Part shown: piece by piece, positions 26,019 through 36,981 of the stretch | Layout of the letters: every line of letters begins with the position of its first letter | Position numbering within the stretch: position 1 is the first letter of the stretch | NCBI GenBank assembly: GCA_013239625.1 | Contig: MU053334.1 | Coordinates: 310,001 to 374,000 of the forward strand | Origin: Lama guanicoe | Lineage: Eukaryota | Direction of reading: 5' to 3' | Length of the DNA: 64,000 nt | Notes under the pieces: model-generated | Told to the model about the DNA's origin: nothing | The model's input: the letters and a program-made list of their open reading frames with translations, nothing else | The model's database searches: none | Translations under genes and position numbers: made by a program

Positions 26019-26859
26019 GTAAGTGTATTTAACCTTTGTCATGAAATATACTGTTGTAAGCTTTATACGGTAAGGACCTAATCTTTTAATGTTATCCATT
26101 TATTTTTTTCATTTCAAACCAAAGTTAAGGTCTCAGTGCAGTTACTGTCATGGCTCTGTTGGAACTAAATCGCTTAAAGTCAAGCTAGCAGTTATTCTTG
26201 AGTCGTTTGGCGGTTTGTAGAGTTGATCAGATAGCGTGCCCCCCCGCCAAACCCGGACCGGCCTTGCCCGGAGCTGGAAGGACACTAATCTGGAGTAGCT
26301 TCTTGCACTTCCAGCTGCAGACTGTCCACAAAGTGGAGGAGCGTGTGAGCCCGCAGCTCCGACACGTTAGGGCAAAGCACGTGTCTCGGGTAGAGGCTGC
26401 TGGTGGTGTGCAGTGCCGTGTGGTGATCTAAGCCCTTCCTGCGCGGAGGTGGGTCAGCGAGTAACACACCGCGCTACCTGGTCTGCTCAGGGAGCCGCCT
26501 CTCTGTGAGCCAGTCTGCGGGGTGCATGCCTTCCCTGAGCGTCCTCACCCTGAACAATTGCCAAGTGTAGACTGTCCGCCTTGGGACACATTTATGAAAG
26601 ACTGGTTAATCCTGGAGAGAGCCAGGCCTGTGCAGCCTTGCCGCGGGCAATGGCAGGTAGGCGCAGCAGTCCTCCAGAGGGTGAGGCCACCATCAGAGGC
26701 TGCAAGCGGTCCCCCCAGCCGACTTCCCCAGCACGTCGTCCAGCACCTGTTCCTCGATGGCCAGGCACACCGAGTGCCAAGACGGCACGAACAAGCACCT
26801 GTAGAGCCAGCGGACACGGAGTCACAGAGGCCCTGATACCAGGTGCAGCTTATAGTGAA

Positions 26860-27560
26860 GAAATGGGCTCACGATTTTAAAGAAGTGAAAGGCAAACTTG
26901 AAAATTCCAATGGGGAGCTTGGGCAGTGTAGGAGGCGACCTAGCCGACTTTGAAATAAGACCAGGTGGAAGCTCTGGGGCTGAAGGGGGGCTTGGGTGGA
27001 GGTGACAGCGGACACTGGAGAGAGGCTGGTGCTCTGAGCGACGGCTGAGGAGACAGCCTTGCCTGAACGTGGCCCGGGTCTGGACTGAAAGGGAGAACAG
27101 AGGGATGGGTGAGAGGCCTGGGGAGTGGTAGAAAGGTCTGAAAGGCTTAACTGAACTTCCTGGAGGAAAGGAGAGTTGATGTGACAGAGAACTTTGAAGA
27201 ATTCATGAGATTCACCAAACCTCACAGTCAACACACAGTAAACTAAATAAATAAAATGAAATCTATGCTGAGACACACGTCTATGGAAGAGCGGAGACCG
27301 CAGAGGTGGCCGGAGGGGGCTGTCTTCATGGGAGCTGCCTGGGTGCTGATTCTCCCGGGCTGGGGGCTGGGGCAGGGCCCAGCGCCACCGCACGTGCTAA
27401 AAGAGTAACAGCCAACTGACGGGTCTACACCAGCAGTGAAAGTCTTCTAAGAAAGAAGCCAAAAAAGACCTTTTTCAGACAAAAATGGAGGGTTTCCCAC
27501 CAGAAGTCCAGTGCAGGAGATTCTAAAGGATGTTCTTCAGGCCAGAAACAGATGACGTCA
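26860..27560 (+). mobile_element. Highly decayed L1 ORF1-region fragment (approximate)
   Basis: ACAGAGAACTTTGAAGAATT...AAATCTATGCTGAGACACA...TTTTCAGACAAAA...AAAGGATGTTCTTCAGGCCAGAA. Confidence 0.45.
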
Positions 27561-28479
27561 GAGGCAGACAGAGGGCAGATGTAATGGGTGTGCAGGTCAG
27601 TCACAGAGAAGTGAGAGCCTGACAGCAAGCAGGTGGGAGAGATGTGGACGGGGCCAGGGACACCAGGGACACCGGGGAGCAGAACCCACGGAAACTGTGC
27701 TGTCAAGAGGGCTGGGCCGCCGGCCTCACATGGCGCTCTGTCCTAAGGGAGGATGCGGGCCTCGGGGTGGCCAGCGTCCACGTGCGAGGCCTGGCCTCCG
27801 CTTGCTTGTCCCCTGGCCTGTGGGAGGCTTCCCTCCCCGCATCCCCCGAGAAGACACTGGAGAGAGATGTGGGCCTCACGGTGGAGCAGTGTCTGGCTGT
27901 GAGGCCCAGCCTCTGCTCGCTCGTCCCCTGGCCTGCGGGGGCTCCGTGCTCCCCAAAGACGCTGGAGAGAGAGGCACACGGAGGGGCCCGGAGCCGCTGC
28001 GCAGGGGAGGGGCAGCAAGCCCGGCGGGCCTGTGGGCTGTGAGCGGGAAGCAGGGCCGGCTGTGTGCCCGGGTGCTCGGGTCGGGGGAGACGAGCCGGCA
28101 CGCCTCAGTGTTGGCACCTCTGGAAACCAGGGTTGTGCCGTGCTGTCCTGCCCAGAGGCTTCCTTCTCACTGATGGGCGTCACCAGTTAGCGGGTGGCAC
28201 AGGCTAACTGCTTGTTCACTGCTGAGCCCTCACCGAGTCCCAGGTGCTCGGGCACAGAGGTGGGTGAGGAAAGTTCCCGTAAAGCACTGACGTAGATACA
28301 GAAAGACTAGAAAACGCACCCTCTGTTGCTGCGGGAGCGCAGGGCTTGCGCTGGGGGCTCCTCGTGCTGCTCCCTCCAGGCGCCTGTGCCCTGGCTTTCC
28401 CATCTCCAGGTTTCGCCCACGTTCTTTGATCTTTCGTTCTCCTTTTTCCCCTGGGATATGTGGACAGAGCGACTTTGAA

Positions 28480-28990
28480 AAAATTGGCTCTGTAACTTAC
28501 AGTGAAATTCCCTTATTATATGCAAATGCATGTATTCATGCCCTCAGACAAAACAGGGGATGCCTCCAAGACCCCAGAGTGCCCCTCTGCACTCACCCTC
28601 CTCCCTGGGAGCCACTGACCTGCTTTCTATCGCTTTTCTGCTGTTTCTAGAAATGTTGTAGGAAGGTCATCTGCCCTGTGAGGCCTCGAGTGCTGCCCTC
28701 TGACTCAGCAGTGTGGGCATTTGGGTTGTTTCCGGTGCTGCCTGCTGGGGCCGGGCGCTGGGAACACCGTGCGGGAGTTCTGGGGGACATCTGGGAGTGG
28801 CACGGCCAGGTCCCTGGAGAGTGTGTGTGACCTTCTGGAGCCTGCCGCGTGTCTCCCAGGGCGCCTGCCCCCTTCTCCTCCCCTGGCCCCTCCACGTTCT
28901 CGCCAGCACTTGGTGTGGCTCTTAATCTTAGTTTTTCTAGTGAGCATGTGCTGGTGCCTTGCTGTGGCTTTAATTTGCATTTCCCATTTT
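28480..28990 (-). mobile_element. Old L1 3' fragment (approximate)
   Basis: GGGCATTTGGGTTGTTTCC...GTGGCTTTAATTTGCATTTCCC. Confidence 0.55.
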
Positions 28991-29836
28991 TTAACAGTTG
29001 AGTCTGGTTAAGTGCCCTGGAGAATAAAGACCGCGCCCAGGTGTGTAGGGGTTCTGGGGAGGAAAGTCTGAAGACTGAGCTCTAGAAAACAGCCAGCCGT
29101 GGAGGGGGAGGCATGGAGCCAGCGGTGGCCCCTCGTCCATCCTCAGCATCTTGTTCTTTTTCCCTCTTTGAACCTAAGGAGATACTTGTTGAGCCTGATC
29201 CCTGTGAGAAAGGGTCCCAGGTAAAAGTCAAGCGGAAGGATTTGGTCACTGGGGCTCGGTCGCATTGCCCTAGAGACGGAAAGTGAATCTCGCGACGCCG
29301 GGGGACCTGTAGGTTCTTCCTGGCATTTTGCTTGTCAGGTGAGGACATTCTCAGTGAGGTAGGGCCCGACTCGGGTTATCAGGTACAGAGCCTGTGGGGG
29401 CAGGAGGTGTGGGAGCCTCTCTTCAGCCTGGAACTCCTGTCCTCGAGGCATGGGCAGCAGATCCCTGTCTGCTTGTGGCCCAGGGCCATGCACAAGCCCA
29501 CAGACTGGCTGGGCTGATTGCATTTCCCCTGCCACCAAAAAGTTCTTAACCTGGGTCTGTTTTGGCCACAGCGGCTGGTGAAGGAGGCAGGATGGGCTGA
29601 GTTATGAGTGTCTGAGTGGGCAGTCGTTAGGTTCATGGGTGCCGGACTGGGACACAGGCAGGAAGGGCAGGTGCTGGGGGCACCCCTGGGGGAACAGGCA
29701 GCTGGGGAGGGTGCCTATCCTTCCGGCCCGCCGCCTGAGCTCGAGGGAGCGGGTTGTCCATGTGTCCAGATGCAGTGGCGACTCACCTGCCTTCCAGTCT
29801 TGTGCCTTATCTGTTTGACATTTTGTTGTAAAAATG

Positions 29837-29920
29837 CCGGATTTCAGTGATTCTAAGATGTTTTTCCACATTTTTCACATTATGAAATCGGCATGCGTCT
29901 CAAGAGCTAGAGAAATACAG
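29837..29920. mobile_element. Short MER104-like (TcMar) MITE remnant
   Basis: Degenerate terminal inverted repeats CCGGATTTCAGTGATTCTAAGATG and CGTCTCAAGAGCTAGAGAAATACAG. Confidence 0.5.
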
Positions 29921-32870
29921 TCCTCAGTGGCCTCTGCTGTGGGCTCATCTCGCAGGTACCGCTGGCCCACTGCTGGCCCCGCGGAGGGCTGGGCTGGGGG
30001 AGGCTGAGAGACCCCGGCCCGTGTCAAGCCCCTTTGTGGTTTGTGGCCGACTTTCCTGTCTGTCCTCTCCTGTGATCTTCACAGCAGCCAGAGGTATGGG
30101 TGTCGCTGTCATCACCCCCTTACAGCTCAGAAAACACTGGATTTAGTGGTTTGACATTGCTGGATCAGTACCCACTTCTAGCCCAGTACCAAAGCTCACA
30201 TCTGAGGCTGTCCCAGCCTGGTCCTTTCCGGAGAGGGGAACCACACGCGGCTCAGAGGATGTTCCTGTGAGGGACTACTGGGCTCTGACATGAGGGCTTG
30301 CAAGTCACAAGGCTCGGGGAGCACTGCCTGCAGGGTGGGGGAGTCACTTCTGGGAGCAGGGGTAGCTCGGGGCTGCAGGGGGAACTGGGGCACTGGTGCG
30401 GCAGGAGCCCGGCTGGCCCCTGGGTCCTGTGGAGAGGGCAGGAGTCGGGGAGGTTTTGGCCAGGGTGGGGCCTAGAGACAGCGTTGGGGCCCAAACTCCT
30501 CCCATCTCCACATCACATCCAGAGCCTTCTGTGCCCCAGAGCTGCCGGAAGGTTTTTGGTGACTGGGCCTGGGGACCTTCTGTGTCCTGACGGCACGTCT
30601 TGAATTTGCTGCTGGGAGACTATCATGGGGGCCTGAGGCGTGAAGAGCCGGTCCAGCGGTGCCCTTTGGAGGGTGCTTGGGGTGCCGGCTCCTCTTGCAC
30701 GCCCAAGGGGTTTCTATTGTGTTCTGCTGGGCCTTGCTCCTGCGGGGCTGTGATAGGGGCCCGGAGGGGCCCCTGGGGTGAGTGCAGGTGGAGCGGTGAG
30801 CACTCGTGGGTGGAGACAGGTGGCTGGGCTGTGGGACTCGCTGTTCGCAGGACCTCTTCCTGAGTCTAGAGTGCGGGCCTGCTGCCGCCGAGAAGCCAGG
30901 TCTGGGCGGCTCAGGGCTGGAAAGTGGCTTGAGAAAGCCCTGGGGTCACCTGAGCCCTGAGCAGATGAGGTGTGCCCACAGTGAGCATCCCGGGCCCAGT
31001 CGGAGCCCCATGTGTCCTGTCCAGGCTGGCACTGGCCTCTCACTCAGGCTGGGGGCTGCTCTGGCTGCACAGTTCCCTGGGACCTTGTTAGGATGGATCG
31101 AAAGAAGGGAAAGGCTTCTCTGGGCTCACTCTTGAGCAGGTGAGGCGCTTCTGAGCCCAGGTGGGTCAGGCTTGGGTGGGCACCGGCCGAGGGGTGCTGT
31201 GTATCTGCCGCCTCTGCCGGCTTGGTCCCCTTTGAGAGCAGGCTGGACCGCGTGTCCTTGGGGGCTGCTGCTTTTTCCTGCTTGCACTGACCTGTCCTCT
31301 TTGCAGGCATAAGTCCACCTGCCCCTCACTGAGGATGAGTCCCTCTGGGTGCTCGGCTCCAGGTGGGATTGCCTGTCACCTCCTCTCTGGGCTGGGCCCC
31401 AGGTCAGTCCTCAGAGGTACTTGGGGAGGCCCCCAGACTGCCCCATAGCGCCGGCTTTTGCCTCATGTCACAGCACCGCCAGGGCCGACACTCTTGGCTG
31501 CGCTTGCCTGAGCCATGGCCCTGAGTTTCATGTGTGCTCAGCCTTTAAACGTGTGCCTCTGTAAGTCCCCCAGCATTGGGGAGGGCCATGGAGGGACCCC
31601 GTGTCCACGTCCTGCAGGAGCAGAAACCGGCTAGGGTGCATCATGGAGAGAGCCCCTGCTGTGTCCGCGGCCTGTTCCCCGGGTTCTCGCTGTAGCAGGG
31701 CCCGCCCACTGTCCAGGAGGTGGCAGAGCCAGGCTGCTTCCTGAAGGCCAGGAGGGTGGGAGATGGGGGATCGCTGCTGCTTGCTGTGGATTGCGTGCCC
31801 TGAGCCTGCAGATGCTCTCCCACGGTAGATGGGGTGGGTCCTGCCAGAATGCAGCCAGGAGTTGGTGGAGCCGGACTCCTGGGGTGCAGCGGGCGGATGA
31901 GTGAGTGGGGGTGGTGGGTGGAAACCTGGCCTGGTCTGAGTTTATACGGTTTGGTTAGTAAATCAAATGTCAGTTTGCTGCTGAAAAAATGGGAGGGTTT
32001 CTCAGAGTTCCCTGAGGTGAGGTGCGGCCCACCGTCACCACAGGAAGTCTGGAGGTCCTATTTCTAGACAGCCTCTTGAGATCGGCCAGTGCTTGTCCAC
32101 GGAGCACGAGTGTCCTGGCCCGCACCAGCGAGGAGCATGGCTGTCACAGTCCTCCCGGTTCCCTGCATCCCACTTGGCCCACCTGTGTCCCACATGGGCC
32201 CTCAGTGGTGTGGCAGCCGTGTCGCTGGAAGACGCAACTCAGGAGATGGCAGGCTCTCTGGCTGTCACCTCTGCTGTTTACGAAGGAATGCTTTACACTT
32301 CTTGGGTGAAACAAGAATGTCTGTTATTTAAAACGGCAGCGCCTAGGGGTCTTTCTTAAAGTGACGTTTTACGTTCCGCAGCGACGTGCCGTGAGCGTGC
32401 CTTGCTGCGCCCTCTGTGGGGTCCTTAGTCATGCTGTGATCTGGACTAAGACAGAAGCCCCCCTGGTCTTTCTGTGTATGATTCTAGGGTGGGTGATTGG
32501 TCCTAGAAGTGGGTGAAACGTAAGGTGATTTAGAGTGCATGCCTCTGCCTCAATTAATAAATGTATTTAGAGGATTAAGTTGATGATTGAGACCAGGCTG
32601 GCCCTGGCACTGCTGTGGCCGGTTGGAGTGAGGCCCTGGGGCCCGGCCGGACCGTGTCCGGGCCATCCCCCCAACCCCGGGGCTGTCCTGAGATGGCAGA
32701 ACTCTTGCTTCCAGATAGGTGCCCCTGGCTTGTGTTTTTTAAGGGAAGCTGAATGTTTGCACTCTGACGTGCATGACCTGGTTTAGGAATGCCTTTCCTG
32801 TTGGACGCTGTGTCGGCAGGGCGCCTGGCCGGGGGTCTTCTTCCTGCTCTCCCTCCCCCCTCTCCCCCAG

Positions 32871-33013
32871 GTGACAAGGCTCTGGATGGCTACAGCAAGA
32901 AGAAGTACGTGTGCAAGTTGCTCTTCATCTTCCTCCTGGGCCACGACATCGACTTCGGGCACATGGAGGCTGTGAACCTGCTCAGCTCCAACAGATACAC
33001 GGAGAAGCAGATC
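32871..33013 (+). CDS. AP2A2: AP2A2 exon 3 ([15 protein letters not shown]...YTEKQI), 143 nt; includes the basic PI(4,5)P2-binding KKK patch
   Basis: tctcccccag|GTGAC...CAGATC|gtgagt; within ORF 32789..33079. Confidence 0.97.
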
Positions 33014-34350
33014 GTGAGTGTCCCGGCTGTGGGCGGGCTCCAGGCGGGGAGGGGCCCAGGGCCTCCCTTCCCTTGCTGAGCTGCCCGCTGCTCTCCAGGT
33101 AGCAGTCCTGCTGTGGCAGGGTCTCTTTTCCCGGGTGAGGGTCTCCTGTCAGGTGGCCATTTAATTTCTCGCTGTTTTTACACTGTCCATGCAGTCTGGG
33201 AATTTCCTGTGCGTTTTGGCAGGTGTGGGTATGATGGACGCTTTGTGCAGCTGTTCCCCACGCAGTCTGAGAGGGAGGGAGGGAGGGAAGCGCTCCCCTC
33301 CTCTCCTCTCGGCGCCTCGCTGACGCGCTGTCCCGTCTGTTTACCTGGTGGCCCCTCGTGCAACTTTCCGTTTCTGAAATGGGCCCCACCTCCTGTGGTT
33401 GAAGAGCCAAGGGCAGGTGGGTGTCCTTGTCTCGCCCCAGCTCGCATCTTCACAGGAAGTGCTGGTACCTGGGCCCCTGGAGCCCTCACAGGCTTTGTCA
33501 TTTTTGCCCTGCATCCTCTTGGCGTCACCTTATTTCTGTGTTTTCTCGAGGGTTTTCCTCTTATTTGTCCAAAAATTTAAGTTACAGAAAGTGAAAAAGA
33601 TACTCTAGCTGCCCCAAGAATTTTGTTAAGTAACGCAACAGGAATTTATTGAGTGCCTGGGTGGACCCAGCAGTGTGCTGGGGGTCCCTGGGGACACAGT
33701 GATTGAAGCAGGTGCGGGCCCTGCTCTTTTCTGCTGGGGAGATGGATCAGACAGCCCCTGAACAGAGAACTAGAGCTGTGGGGCCGGTGCTCGGTGAAGG
33801 GGGCGTGCAGAAACCTGCGGACCCTGAGGGGTGGCTCCCAGGGAGGGCCCCAGCTGAGATGGGGGTCAGGGGGTTAACAGGGAAGGAGGGGAGCTCCTGG
33901 GGGCTTTCTCCAGAGACTCGGGCTGGGTGGGAGTTTAAGCTGTGTCCCTGCGTTGGGAGGGTGCGGAGGGGCTGGCATTTGGCCTGAGGGAAAGGGGCAG
34001 CTGGAGCCTGGAGACGCATTCGAGGTGGGGGGAGACAGCAGCTGGCTGGGCTTCTGGAAGTCGCCGCAGTGTCTCAGGAAGAGCTGAGGCAGTCCCGGTT
34101 CGGGACGGAGGTGAGTGGAGGCTGCCGTGGACCGTGAGTGGGGTGGGGACGCCGTCTCAGCACGCAGGGCCGTCTGCAGAGCTGCCGCGCGGTCTGAGGC
34201 TGAGAATGTGCTCCTGCGGCAGAGCTGGCTTCTCCCTCCGCGGAGCTCGCGGCGGCCCGCGCGAACGGGCCGTGCGTCGGCCCCCCGAAGGCGGAGCTCT
34301 GGGGCCGGGTGCTGACGGGCTCTCTGTTCTCTCATCCTGGCTGTGTGCAG

Positions 34351-34544
34351 GGCTACCTGTTCATCTCGGTGCTGGTGAACTCCAACTCGGAGCTGATCCG
34401 CCTCATCAACAACGCCGTGAAGAACGACCTGGCCAGCCGCAACCCCAGCTTCATGGGCCTGGCACTGCACTGCATCGCCAACGTGGGCAGCCGCGAGATG
34501 GCCGAGGCCTTTGCCGCTGACGTGCCCAGGATCCTCGTGGCCGG
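34351..34544 (+). CDS. AP2A2: AP2A2 exon 4 ([10 protein letters not shown]...[13 protein letters not shown]), 194 nt
   Basis: tgtgcag|GGCTAC...GCCGG|gttggt; within ORF 34309..34614. Confidence 0.96.
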
Positions 34545-36851
34545 GTTGGTACCTGCCGAGCCCCGAGCACACGGTCCCTCTCACGGTCCCTCTCATGCCG
34601 AGTGTGTGGGATGAGCCCACCCTGCCTGGTGAGGTGCTGGGGTGTAGGCGCGGGGTGGAGCAGACATGAGTTGAGACCTGGTGCCTCCAGTCGGGCACTC
34701 CGTCCTGGCACCGCGGAGCATCCTGGCAGGCAGGGGCTCGCCCCGGGGCACGGCGCCTCTTCTGCCCTTTCCGAAGCGCTCCTGGAGGAGTGTCGCAGGG
34801 CCACAGAGGGCGCGTGGGGGGCCGGGCTGGGGGAGAGGCCACAGAGCAGCCTGATGGAGATGAGCATCGTGGAGTGTGAGCTCAGGCAATGGCTGAGCAC
34901 AGGAAGAGGGGGCCCTGCCACACACCGGGGTCAGAAGTTGCAGAGGACACCGCGGGGCTCTTGAGAGTCAGAGACTTGATACCTTCAGTGTGCACATGAG
35001 GGGCAGGTGGGAGGGGAGATTGGAAGCCATCAGGAGGAGGCTGGAGGGGATTTAGGCTGAGGGCCCCCCATGCCCCCACCCCCGCTGCCCTGCTCGCGCT
35101 GTGACCGTGGCCATGCGTTGCCGGTCCCCTCTCAGGAGCAAGCTCTCTGGGTTCTGACGTTTTGTCTCCTGTGGCTGTCGGTTTACCTCCAGCATTTTGA
35201 ACACACCTGGTGCACAGGAAGTGCTCGGTAAACAAATGTCCATGGGGTGGGTGGAGTGGAGGAGAGACAGGTAACCTCTGAAAGCTTTCAGATGACTCGA
35301 GGGCACTTCTCTGAAATAAAGGGTAGGTGCACCTCTGGTTGCGTGGACATGGGGGTGCGCCCTGAGACGCAGCCTTGAGGGGCCAACACGGAGGGTGATG
35401 AGGACCCTGCCGCAGGGAGACAGGTGAGGGGTGTGTGCAGGCAGAAGGCCCAGGGCCTGTGTGGTCACACCGCGTGGGTGTCCTGTCAGCATCAGGGCCA
35501 CAGGCAGCCAGCCGTGCGTCACCAGACAGCTCAGGACCCGCGAGCCCTCCTTGAAAAAGATTACCAAACTCCTGAACTCCAGCGACCAAATAGACGACTC
35601 CAGATAAAGTGCTTGGGAGGGAGATGCCTCGACCTGGCGTGAAGTCACCGCAGGAGCCGGGATGGCAGGGGAGCGGGCAGAGGGTTATCTTCTGGCCTGG
35701 ACTGAGTGGGCCCTCGTGGGAGAAGCTGCTCTGGGGCTGGGCTCGGGTCCTTGGTAAGAGAGGATTGAAACAAAGGGGCAGTGGTTTGCCTGCCTCCCCG
35801 CGGGTGTTGGCTGTCCTCGCCCTTGTCCCCGCCCTTGTCCCCGCGAGTTCTCACCGAGGGTACCGTCCGAGTGGTATGGGGCGCCCGGCTGGTGGGCCCG
35901 CCACACAGTCGACTTCCAGCCCCAGCCACGTGGGGGCAGCAGCCCTGCTCCCCAGAGTGTTCGTGTCTGAGAGGCAGCTGTCACTAAAGTAATTTTTCTT
36001 TGGAATAGAATGGGGGCAGTTTGGGGGTGTCTCTGTCGGTTTGGACTCATTGAGGAATAAAAAAGCTAAAAGGGGGGATAAACGGTGAAAACAGCCCCGA
36101 ACCTCCTCTCCTCTCTGGTCAGCGCTGCGGGGCTGCGTACGCCTCCCGGAAGTGTTCCCCGGCTGCCTGGCTGGGGGAGGTGGGGGACAGAAGTATGGGA
36201 ATGCTCTCTGAACTCAGTCCTCAGCCCAAATCCAGAGCGAGAACCCTCTGGACGCCCTTGCCTGGCCTCTCCCCGCCGACCCCGCCCCGCAGCAGTGGGC
36301 GCCGCCTCTGCTCCTGCGGCACAGGGCGGGGCCCCCGCACCTGCCAGAGGCTACAGGTGGCCGTGGAGAGGTCCTGGTGGCCACAGAGTTGTGGCCGTCG
36401 AAGCTCTGTGCACTTCCGGTCTTGCTCGTGTGTTGCTGAGCGAGCTGTGGGGAAGGTTCTGTGAGTCAGTTGGGGGAAGGGTAGGTGACTGCGGTCAGCC
36501 TGCCGGCTCGGCGTAGTCAGCAGCCAGAGATACCTGGACTGCTGCTTCGGGGAGGGGAGGGTTACCAGTGGCGGGACCCTTCCTGTGAACTGTGCTGGGG
36601 GTGGAGTCCGCGGCATGGCCCCGTGGGCAGACGGCCATCCGTCACTGCCCTGGTGTGGTCCACACGGAGTCCCAACGGGGTTGACCGCGTGCGGAGCTGA
36701 GAGGCCTGTTCTGCGCATCGTGTCGGGCCCCATGCGCCTCTGGTGCCGCTGACTCTGGGGTGCTCTCCATGCCGTTCTGGGCTGCTCTTGCTCGTTGGGG
36801 CCACACACGGTGCTGGCTGAGCCCTGCAGGGACCTGCTGCCTGTCTTTCAG

Positions 36852-36981
36852 AGACACCATGGACAGTGTGAAGCAGAGCGCCGCCCTGTGCCTGCTGCGC
36901 TTATACAGGACGTCTCCCGACCTCGTCCCCATGGGCGACTGGACGTCCCGCGTGGTGCACCTCCTCAACGACCAGCACCTG
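36852..36981 (+). CDS. AP2A2: AP2A2 exon 5 (DTMDSVKQ...LLNDQHL), 130 nt
   Basis: ctttcag|AGACACC...CACCTG|gtgagt. Confidence 0.97.

Noticed and set aside
34545-34554. Weak donor GTTGGT with a second GT at +5
   Set aside because: Only the first GT keeps the frame, and there is no evidence for alternative use
33874-34842. 322-aa minus-strand ORF
   Set aside because: Antisense shadow of GC3-rich exon 4 plus GC-rich intron; no recognisable domain
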